NCBI RefSeq assembly: GCF_009914755.1 | Contig: NC_060928.1 | Direction: 5' to 3' (one strand) | From: the human T2T-CHM13v2.0 reference genome, Homo sapiens | DNA length: 64,000 nucleotides | Shown here: positions 29,496-40,379 of the stretch, piece after piece | How the letters are laid out: every line of letters starts with the position of its first letter | Numbering within the stretch: position 1 is the stretch's first letter | Notes under the pieces: model-generated | Seen by the model: the letters and a program-made list of their open reading frames with translations, nothing else | Told to the model about the DNA's origin: nothing | Databases searched by the model: none | Position numbers and translations under genes: made by a program

Positions 29496-31149
29496 GGGAG
29501 ACCTCTTGGGAGGTTATAATGATAATGCAGGGAGAAAAGAAAAACATGGCGGCCTGAACCAGATTGTTATTGGTGAAGGCAGTGAGTGCCAAGAGGACAT
29601 ATTTTGTATGTTTTTGAGTGTAAATATTAGATGATGGTTTGAGCATAAAGCATACAAAGAAAAAGTGGATACTAAAATAAATTTAAGATCTATTTTGCTT
29701 AAGTGGAAAGATGAGCTTTCCATTTCCTCAGCTGGAGCAAACTGTGGGACAATTAAGTTTTAGGTGGAAATCAAGAGTAAACCTTCGTACTTGTAATATT
29801 GAATGCATTCGAGTGAAGATGTCAAGTAAAGACTTTATGAATCCAGAACTACGGATATATATTCCAACTAGAAGTATTTGTCAATCACCCACAAATAGAT
29901 GGCATTTAAAGCCTGTCAAATTGCATACAGCTGACAGAGTAAGTAAAATATGGACAGAAGACCACCTATTGAATTTAGCAAAATGGATAAAAGTGAAGAT
30001 TTTAATGTTGGGTAAGAAAAGTGAAAATTAATGAGTTCAAGAAAGACTAAAATCAGAAGACAATAAGATTGTGAACAGTTTTACTGTAAAGTGGTACAGC
30101 AGGTGGGGCAGTTATATGATAAACAAAAAATAAATTTTTGATGGGAAAAGAGAAAGGAATAAAACAATGGGAGAAGGAATGATTCCTGAAATTATGTCCC
30201 CAAATACAGAAAAGTGAATGATATCTAGTGAACAGGTGGAACAATCCACCTGTATTAGCAAACATAAGCACAGAACATACAAGAAGAGGGATGAGTGTGT
30301 GGGAAATGGGATACTGAGTATGTCTAAAATTTCTTTTATGTTACTATTTCTATTTTCTCAGTGAAGTGGAAGAAAGCTAAGATTGGGATAGAAGCGGTGG
30401 TGGTGTCACATTCTAAGGAAAGAAAAACAAATATAAAATACCTTCTTGAAGAGAGTGGGAGAGTTAATGGGCTGGGAAATTGTAAGAAGATTGCCAGGCC
30501 ACGTTAAGGGCTCACCTGAGGTGAGGAATCATGATTTAACATGAGTCCAGTCCAAGCAGGTTGGGTATTTTACTTCAAGCACAGGGTGGATGGAGGATTC
30601 CCAGATTGGAAATTCTCTAGGCAATTTTATGGGTAAAATAAATTATGTAGGCTAGTAATGATGTTTCAAGGGAATGACAATAATGATAAACCATGGATTC
30701 TAATCTGGATGTGGAGAAAACTGAGAACAGGATAGGTATGAGGACTGGATAATAGGTGCAGGACCAATGTATTGTCAGTTCCTTTGGGGCCAAATAATAA
30801 TAGAGTCAAGGTACTGCAAGTGATGATTAAGCTCTGAAGAGATGTCACCAGTGTAAGCCCAGGAAAGGAAATAAGGTCCATTTTAAGAAGATTACCAAGA
30901 GACAATTGAGGAAATAAAAATAATATTTACAGAATAAAAAAAATTTCTGCCTAAGAAAATAACTTATTAGCATTAAAAATCCACAATTTGGATTTTACAA
31001 CAAAAACAGAATACATTTCTTGTTGAACTTCTCATACCTCAAGTAAGATATGTGTGTATCTTATGTGTGTTATAGGTATTATGTATATATCTTATGCATA
31101 TCATACCTCAAGTAAGATGTGTATCTTATGTATATTATATGAGTTCTTA

Positions 31150-31204
<55 letters not shown>
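31150..31204. repeat. Compound (TG)n(TA)n microsatellite
   Basis: Directly visible in the sequence. Confidence 0.95.
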
Positions 31205-31206
<2 letters not shown>

Positions 31207-32625
31207 CTCTGAGGATATAGAAATAGCTTCAAACTACTTATTCCATTTTAAGTATATACCAATTGCCATAGCCTAAGCATTAAAAGACAAAACTTTTTAT
31301 TTACATTTTAAAGGGAAAAACAAAAGTGGTTTCTGAAACAATGGGGGGAGTTAGTTTTGAATATATAAGAATAAGTACAATAAAAATATAAAGAACCTGG
31401 TAACTCCAAAGAAAAATGAAGTATTTAAACTCACACTGTATAGCAATAGGAATGAGGACATATGGAGCAAATCACTAGCTCAAATGAGAACCATACTGAA
31501 AGCTTAGTGTATTCTGGGAAGAGCATCACTGTCTTCTTTGTGCTGCCTGTTTCTTCTTACGAGGGGATGAGCCAAGGAAGAAAAGCTTACAGAGCTTAGG
31601 TGAGAGATATTATAAACATCCAGGACCAAAATTCCAAGTTATATGTACATTTGACAAATGTAGGAGACTATTCCTAAAGAATCCTTTAAAACCGAGCTCT
31701 ACTGAGGATAATACAATGGCACTAGTAGCTCATTATGCAGCACAGAAGACCAGAATTTGACAGCTTTCAGCTACCTTTTCCAGCAAAAGACTGTTTTCAA
31801 GATTTTTCATGGTAAATGCTTTTAATGAAGCCCCTGTAGGCTAGTTGTCAAGGTTTACACATGTCATTTTGCATGTTCCTCTTTAAAAAATATGATGAAA
31901 ACTGCTAAGAACATCTTGGCTAGCACATTTCCACAGAACAGGAGTCTGCTGCTGACTTTAATGACCATATCCATAGTACCTTTATAATGATACCATTTCC
32001 TGCTGAATGTCTTGTTGTTGCCCCACGGGGAACACACTTACACTGCTGTGTCAGAACTGTTTAGTGACAATGCCTATTGTTACAGTCTCCATTTTCTACC
32101 TTCTGAGTTTTTGGCACATTTTTATTATATAAGGATTTGTAAAGTACTACAAAGAAACTGCTTTTTATTCCTCAGCTGGAGCAAAGGTGGTTGGCCTGAG
32201 AATTTAACCAAATAATCAATTCATTAAAACTCTGTGATAAGTTTTATTATTGATAAAAACATATTTAATCCAAAGAAAATGTTTGAAAAAACACAAGTGC
32301 TATGTTTTTGCTTTAAAAAAATATACACAACATATTCTACCTGTGTAAGGAGTAATAACAGAGTTTTCTAGTTTATTCTAAGAATATAAAACAAAAGGAT
32401 AGAAAAACTTTCTTCATTTCTGTTGTTCTTTCTCTATAATTTTTGAAATATTATCTTTAGCTGTATTGAAATAATGGCTGTGTGCAACATATAGATATTA
32501 ATATGTTGTTTGTTGATAATATAGAAAAAGACACCAGAATCTTTTCTGTATGCAGGAAAGATTAATACACTTCTACAGAATTGGTATAATTCAGATTTTT
32601 TTATAAGAAGATAGCACATCTGCAG

Positions 32626-33655
32626 TGTTGAGGAAAAATTCTAGACCTTATCAAATATTTGAAGAGGTTTATTCTGAGCTGAATATGAATGACCATGGCT
32701 CATGACACAGCCTCAAGAGGCCCATAGCCCATGTACGAAAGGTGGTTGGGTTACAACTTGGTTTCATACATTTTAGGGAGACAGAAGTTATAGGCAAAGA
32801 CATAAATCAATACAGGCATAGTATACAGTGGTTCAGCCTGGAATGGCAGAATATCTTGAACTGGGGGCCTTACAGGTGATAGATGAATACAAAGTATTTC
32901 TGACTGGCAATTGTTTGAAAACGTTGAGCTTTGTCGAAAAGGTTGAAGTCAGCAGAAAGAAATGCCTGAATTAAGAGGGCTTATGGAAGCCAAGGTTCTT
33001 GTTAGGTAGATGAAGCCACTAGGTAGGAGGCTTCAGAGAAAATAGATGGTAAATGTCTTTTACTGGACTTTAAAAGATGTCAGTGTCATCGTTAAATCTC
33101 TTCTGGATCAAGAAAAAGTCTGGAAAGGGAAGAAGACACTCCATAGAATGCATATTACCTGTCCAAGAGGTAGATTTGCAGGGCCGATCCAAAATATGTC
33201 AAAGTAATATATTTTGGTGTAAAATACTTTGATTTCCTATTGTAATGTACTTTGATAGGACCAACTGTCTGTTATGTGATGCCACAGCAGGATCAGGTTG
33301 GAGTTGGGTAACTTATTGCTACAAAGAGGTGTCCCTCCCCATACAATGCCTGAGGTCAACCAGGTGTCTCTCCTGTTAGAATGCCTATTGTCAGCCAGGT
33401 GTCTTTCCCCATATAATGCCTGAGGTTAACCAGGTGTCTCTCCCGTTTTATCAGTCTGAAGATTTCTATTTTAATGTTAATACTGGTCAGTTGTGCCTGA
33501 ACTCTGGAAGAGAGAAGATATAATGAATGAGACATGTCCTTCTACCCTTCTCACGGTCTGAACCAGTTTTTCAGGTTTTCACGGGGATCCCTTTGGCCAA
33601 GGTAGGGGGTCCATTCAGTTAGTTGAGGGGCTTAGAATTTAATTCTTGGTTTATA
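32626..33655 (-). mobile_element. MER4-family (MER4D-like) solo LTR
   Basis: 'aggtttattctgagc...catggctcatgacacagcctcaagagg...ggggcttagaattt...ggtttata', with a 4-bp TSD gcag (32622-32625 / 33656-33659). Confidence 0.85.
33327..33444. repeat. 35-bp tandem array (about 3.4 units, A-B-A-partial)
   Basis: Units start aggtgtc at 33327, 33362, 33397 and 33432. Confidence 0.9.
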
Positions 33656-33692
33656 GCAGTTAGGTTGATACTATTAGAGTCAGAAGTAATAA

Positions 33693-34313
33693 TGTCAGAG
33701 GCGTTTGAACCAGAGCAACTCTGTCTTAAATAGGGCCTGGGTAAAATAAGGCTGAGACCTACTTGGCTACATTCCCAAGAAGTTAAGCATTCTAAGTCAC
33801 AGGATGAGACAGGAGGTTGGCGCAAAGCATAGGTGACAAAAACCTTGCTGATAAAACAATGCAGTAGAGAAGCCAGTGAAAACCACCAAAACCAAGATGG
33901 GGATGAAAGTGACCTCTAGTCATCTTCACTGCTCATTACATGCTAATTATAATGCATCAGCATGTTAAGAGACACTCTCACCAGTGCCATGACAGTTTAC
34001 AAATGCCACGGCAACATCAGGAAGTTACTCTATGTGGTCTAAAATGGGAAAGAACCTTCAGTTCTGGAAATTGCTTACCTCTTTCCTGGAAAACTCATGA
34101 ACAATCCACCCCTTGTTTAGCATATAATGGAGAAATAACCATAAAACTAGCCAACCAGCAGCCCTAGCGGCAGCTCTGCCTATGGAGTAGACATTCTTTC
34201 TTTACTTTCTTAATAAACTTGCTTTCACTTTAAAGACTCACCCTGAATTCTTTCTTGCACGAGATCCAAGAACCCTCTCTTGGGGTCTGGACAGGGACCC
34301 TTTTCTTGTAACA
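33693..34313 (+). mobile_element. MER41B 5' LTR
   Basis: 'tgtcagaggcgtttgaaccagagcaact...ggggtctggacagggacccttttcttgtaaca'; GAS motif TTCCTGGAA at 34083-34091. Confidence 0.9.
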
Positions 34314-34607
34314 TCTTCCTGGGCAACTACAAAGGGATGATACTGAGGAGACCCCTGACCCAAAGGAAATAGACTGCAGCACCAATTGTCCCATGTTGGG
34401 TAACTGGTGGGGTACTGAGGTAAAGAATGGGATTGGGTTAAAGGCCCAACTTAGGGGAGTTAGAGTCTCTTCTAAGACAGAGAAGGTTAAAGGCCCCTCT
34501 CAATCAATGGCAGGACACTTGACCAAACTTGTGTTCAAGTCCCAACTTAGGAGGCTTAGAATTCTTTTTAAGATTTAGGAGGTTAGAGTCCCCTCTCAGT
34601 AAGAGGC

Positions 34608-35057
34608 CTAGTTCAGACCGTGAGAAGGGTGGAAGGACGTGTCTCATTCATTATATCTTCTCTCTTCCAGAGTTTAGGCACAACTGACCATTAAAATAGA
34701 AATCTTCAGACTGATAAAACGGGAGAGACACCTGGTTAACCTCAGGCATTATATGGGGAGAGACACCTGGCTGACAATAGGCATTCTAACAGGAGAGACA
34801 CCTGGTTGACCTCAGGCATTGTATGGGGAGGGACACCTCTTTGTAGCAATAAGTTACCCAACTCCAACCTGATCCTGCTATGGCATCACATAACAGACAG
34901 TTGGTCCTATCAAAGTATTTTACAATAGGAAATCAAAGTATTTTACACCGAAATATATTACTTTGACATATTTTGGATTGGCCCTGCAAATCTATCTCTT
35001 GGACAGGTAATATGCATTCTATGGAGTGTCTTCTTCCCTTTCCAGATTTTTTCTTGA
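34608..35057 (+). repeat. Inverted copy of 33108-33566
   Basis: Manual alignment to the reverse complement gives about 12 substitutions and one 9-bp indel over ~450 bp. Confidence 0.95.
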
Positions 35058-37498
35058 CTAAGAACAGATTTGGAATTATGGGATGTTAACCATTTATTCT
35101 GTTTGGATTAATCTGCCTTGCACTCTTTGCTGATGGCTGTGGGTGATAGGATTAGGCATGTACAGGACCATGGAAAATGAGGAGCTTTTTCTTCCCCAAA
35201 TGGGGGAAACTTGAGAACTGACAGGACTGCTGGTAAAGATCTTTTCATGACTGACAAGCAGCCACCTGAAATTTTCAGTGTCACTGCAATGGGTGGGTCT
35301 TTCTGTGGCCTCTCTTAGCTCCTTGCCTTCCTCACCCTGCTGCATACAATGTTTGTTTCTCTTTCTCTCCTATCTCTTTTTTATCTTTTCTGTTACTTAG
35401 GGCAAAGATCTTGCCCAGAGACCACATACTGAAGCTCCTGGTTGGAGGTTGAAATAAAGATGACAGGGCCGAACCAGGGGCACATTTGACCCTTGCCAGT
35501 TTGATATTGGGTGCTAAATGAAGTGGCTAATGTCTATGTTTTGTCATATGTATTTTGCTCTGGCCAGAATGAAAAATGTTTATTTGGTTACCACAGGCAA
35601 CCCCTTGGGTGGCATCTTGGTGATGTGGCTTGGCCCCCAGGAATGTGGTGTGTTGCACAGGGTCACTAAGGCTGCTCAGGGAAAAAGAACCCAGAAACCT
35701 CATATGCCAGTAAAACTGTCTGTGCAAACTGGTTGAATGAATGGTAAAAATCACTGTTTATCTCCTCTGTAAAGTTTTGATTAATGGGAAAAGGATTTGT
35801 GAAGCTTATCTTAAGCTGTAACAAATCTGGTGTGCTTTGTGCTATACATTTGTCTCTCTGTATCATTCTGCCATAAAGAGGAATACCTTAGGGTAGAATA
35901 TGGGCTTAGGACCCAGTAAGTCTGCTCTTCAAGATGGCCCAGCAAGCTGGTCAGTTGCAAAGTTTGCTGCGGGTCCCTAAAAAACTAGACAAAGTTTCCT
36001 TCTAATCTTGTTTTATGTCTTCAGAGCTTGACCTTGTACCAGCTGGCAGTATTTTCTCTTAGTCTTTGCAACCCGGAGGACAGGAATTTTGAAATTCATG
36101 TCGTCCTTAGCCCTAACCATTGTCTTGAGCAGTTAAAAGCCTTTTCAAGCTCAAAATTGGCTGCTCTAGGCTCTTTCTGGGAAAGGCAATGGGAAATGCC
36201 CAGTGCTGTAGGTTAGTAGCTAAGGCTTATTTGTATTGCTTGGGAGGTTACTTTTGGTAAAGTTTAAAAGTCAGAAGTATTACACATTTTTTCTGGCTAG
36301 AGTTGGGTAATAAGAGATTTAAAAGTGTTTTTCAAAAGAGTGCTATGGTTAAAAATCAACTTAATTAAAAGCAAATATTCAAGCTCTAACAACCTTGGAC
36401 TCCTTGTGAAAAACAGGTGAGGCACCACAGACCCAGTTTTGGGAAAAGCCTCTGCTTTCCTCATAAAACCCCAGGAATTGAAAGTAGATAGATCCCTCTC
36501 AAAATCTAAGTCTCTGTTCATTTTTGCATTGCATTATCTGAAGCTTTCAAATTTGGGGGTCATCAGAAATTACTTTGCATTATGATTGCACTTTGCCGCA
36601 TAATAACTAAGTAGGAAATATATACCTTTGGGGATAGCTAATGGCAGTTATGGGGCAATATGCATCTCTTTGCATGTTTGGATCAGAGAAGCATGCTCTT
36701 AGCCACCTCGAAGCTATGGAAATGTCCCCAGCCTGCACTGAGAGATAAGACTTCCAGAGGAGACAGGCTGATTCCTTCTGTTTGGGATCCAGGAACTGGT
36801 ATAAAAATGGGACCCTGAATTTTGGGGAATCTGTTTTGCCTTCCAGCTGTGCCTGCTTATTAGGCCATAGAAACTGCATGTTTTAAAGAGAAACATAAAA
36901 ATTAGAAAGTGAAAAATCTTGCAAGCACTGGATCTTTTTCTGTCTGTGTGCTTATGTGTGTTATATGTGTGATATTTATGTATGAAAGAGCTTTGACTCA
37001 TTGGTTCAAAAATAAAAAGGGCTTAAGTCAAACATTTTGTCCGAAAAGGAAAAAGAATATAATGCCTTTCAGTTCACATGACTTTAATAATCTTTGGGGA
37101 ATAAAAACAGTTTTACATGCAAGGTGTGTAAGAAAATGAAATGTATTTTCAGTAAAAGATTATAAGAAGGCATGGGAATGTGGATTTTAAAGGGTTAAAG
37201 GATTGTTTTAAGTTACATGAAAGCTGAAGGTTTGAACAAGTTATGGAAGGTTTGTGAAAAATTAATCTTGTAGAAGAAATATGTGTGTGAACATATTGAC
37301 TAAAGTTAAAGAGATAGTATTCAGTTTTTCTGTAAATCAAACAATGGAATAAAAGCAAAACATAGTTATTTTAGGGCATTGATCTGCTCTTTAACATAAA
37401 ATTGTAAAGGGTTATTCGAAAAAGGTTTATGAGACTCTTATGGTCAGACATTAAAGCTGAAAAGATTTGTCTACAAGGTTTTATTAAGAATTGGGGTT

Positions 37499-37787
37499 GG
37501 CTCGGTACTCATGCCGGTAATCCCAGGACTTTGAGAGGGTGAGGCAGATGGATCATGAGGTCAAGGAATTGAGACCATCCTGGCTAATATGGTGAAACCC
37601 CATCTCTACTAAAAATCCTAAAAATTAGCTGGGTGTGGTGGCTTGCACCTGTAGTCCCAGTTACTTGGGAGGCTGAGGCAGGAGAATCACTTGAACCTGG
37701 GAGGTGGAGGTTTCAGTGAGCCAAGATCACACCAGTGCACTCCAGTCTGGGTGACGAAATGAGACTTCATCTCAAAAAAAAAAAAAA
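37499..37787 (+). mobile_element. AluSc-like, inserted in MER41-int
   Basis: Full Alu with TSD aa(g/a)aattggggtt. Confidence 0.9.
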
Positions 37788-39751
37788 TTGGGGTTGACAT
37801 GAAGAGTGGACTAATGCAAAGGCAAATTTCAAATATCTCTTGAACAAGATATTCATGTAATATTTTTAAAAAGGAAATATTTTTGTTTGCCTTTTGAATA
37901 ATCTCTAGGTAAAAATAAGGAAAAAAAGAGACAAATTGTCTGGAAAGTTAAGTCTTCCCTCTATTAATTAGTAAAGATTTTTGCCTTAAAGTTTTTGCAT
38001 TATAATTTTGGCTAAATGAATAAAATGGTGTTTGGCTTTCTTTGGGGTGTGTTTGTAAAAAACGTTATTGGTATGTGTTCCAAAATTAGGAAACTTCTGT
38101 AATTCTGATATAACTTAATGTATAGAATGTTATTAATAATTATAATTGTTATGTAAAATTGCTGTATCCCATAGAAGTAACCAAATTCCTAGTCAAGTGT
38201 GTCTTTAACAATGACTGTCCTAACAAAAACTTTTTGTTATCCAGAGACAATTTTTCTCTTGTTTTGATCCTCTTCATAAAGTGGCTTATAATCAGCTATA
38301 GGACTTTGGCAGGTGCTCTTGAATGCAGATTTCTGATAACGTTGGAGATTGTGACATCAGAATAGAGGAAGAAATTTCCAGTACTCATGAAGAGCTGAAA
38401 TGTTCATGCATATCAAGGAGAACCAGAGATAACTGCATGGACTGAACTAATAGAAGATTGAAACAATCTTTTTTGACTTTTTGCTTAAAATGTTGCTGAT
38501 GCTTTGATTTGTTTTTCATTGCTAAGAAAAGTGTTCTTTTGATCTACTTACAGCTTTTAACAATTGCTTAAAGTATACTCCTGTGAACAAAATTTGGAGC
38601 ATATTTCTCTCTACCTGATTTCTCCAGGATTTGGACACTCTTTGTGAGTATTCTTAACTTACTGCAGTAAGAATCTGTTTTCTTTTGTAATGGGACACAG
38701 TTGGAGAAACTGTTTATTTTACCAAAGATTTGACTGGAATGGTGTGCTTTCCTTTAAGTAATGAAGCCTGACTTATAGAGCCAATAAAAGCCCACTGGGA
38801 AAAATGGCCTCATACCTTATCTATACAGTCCCTGTACAGGGTTCCTGACCTGTTTATGAAGTGCTAAGTAAAGAATGTCACTTTATGACAGACCCAGGAG
38901 CCCCAAGCTATCTTGGGACCTCAAGAGGAGAGGACCTTACTCAACCCATAGGTATTTGAGAGTACAAACTCATGGCTGGGCTCAGCTTAAAAAAAAAAAA
39001 AAAAGGTCTTTTCTGATAATCCTTAGGGAACAGAGTTCTATCAAGCCAATTTGAAAAGCCTATGTTAAAAATATTATTCTTACTGCACTTTATACAAAAA
39101 ATCAGGTTAAGTGTGACAAATTCATCTTACCATGATTTGTCTTTAGTAAAAATGGAAGACTGGAGAGAGAAAAAAGTTACGTTTCCAAAACTATGGTACA
39201 CCAGTTATTAAATTCTAGTCTTATCAGTTTTTGAGGCTTTTCTTCTGTAATTTAGACTGACTGCTTATTCCTGGGCACCAACCCGTGATATCTGGCTGCT
39301 GTTTAGAAGAAATAAGTGGGATGGGTAATGTAAAAATCAAGATTGGCATTCTAATTCTGGGCATGTGTTATACTCAGCTAGTGTCTCCATATTAGATTGG
39401 TTCCAACAATTTCCCAGTTCACGAAGAGCCTTCTTATTTAGTTTATTTGGGATAATTTTGCTTATTTTGCCTATGGTTGTGGAATCCATTGTTGTACTTT
39501 TTGTGTTGAAGTGCAGGATAAGCTTACTGAGTGTTTTCTTAAATTGAACACTTATTAATCTCCCAGATATCACCTTTTGTCAGAGTTATGAATGGCCCTT
39601 ACCATACTGGATGCTTTCTGACTGAGCTCCTCTCTACCCTGAATACAAGAGACCCTAATAGTTAGGCAGAATTATCTTCACCCCTAATGAATCTTTGTCC
39701 GTCTACAACCCTGAGGATTAAGGGTTTCCTTGTAAAAGAGATGGGGAAATA

Positions 39752-40379
39752 TGTCAGAGGCATTTGAACCAGAGCAACTCCATCTTGAATAGGGCCTGGG
39801 CAAAATAAGCTGAGATCTACTGGGCTTCATTCCCAGGAGGTTAGGCATTCTAAGTCACAGGATGAGATAGGAGCTTGGCAGAAGGCACAGGTCACAAAGA
39901 CCTTGCTGATAAAAGGATGCAGTAGAGTAGCCAGCCAAACCCACTAAAACCAAGATTGTGATGAAAGTGACCTCTGGTAAACATCGCTGCTCATTGTATG
40001 CTAATTGTAATGCATTAGCAAGCTAAAAGACACTCCCACCAGTGCTATGACAGTTTACAAATGCCATACAACATCAGGAAGTTACCCTATATGGTCTAAA
40101 AACAGGAGGAACCCTTAGTTCTGGAAATTGCCCACCCCTTTCCCAGAAAACTCATGAATAATCCATCCCTTGTTTAGTATATAATCAAGCAATAACCATA
40201 AAAATAGCCAGCCTGCAGCCCTCAGGGCTGCTCTGCCTAAGAATTAGCCCTTCTTCATTTCTTCACTTTCTGAATTAACTTGCTTTCCCTTTACTCTGTG
40301 TACCCACGTTGAACTCTTTCTTGCACAAGATCCAAGAATCTTCCCTTGGGGTCTGGATCAGGACTCCTTTCTGGTAACA
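39752..40379 (+). mobile_element. MER41B 3' LTR
   Basis: Direct repeat of 33693-34313 (~14% diverged over the first 300 bp by eye). GAS motif TTCCCAGAA at 40140-40148. Proviral TSD ataa/acaa. Confidence 0.9.

Larger units (their letters stand above)
27478..30050 (-). mobile_element. L2 element interrupted by LTR12
   Basis: Starts 'cattcattaattcattccagaaatacttactgaacatcta' (antisense L2 terminus). L2-like text continues on both sides of the LTR12. Confidence 0.7.
34314..39751 (+). mobile_element. MER41 internal region (MER4-group ERV1, no intact coding region)
   Basis: Lies between two direct LTRs, with a decayed PBS-like start and a purine tract 'aaaagagatggggaaata' before the 3' LTR. No long ORF. 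Confidence 0.85.

Noticed and set aside
33327-33444. CRISPR-like appearance of 35-bp units
   Set aside because: The units are directly tandem with no unique spacers, there are no cas genes, and the context is primate.
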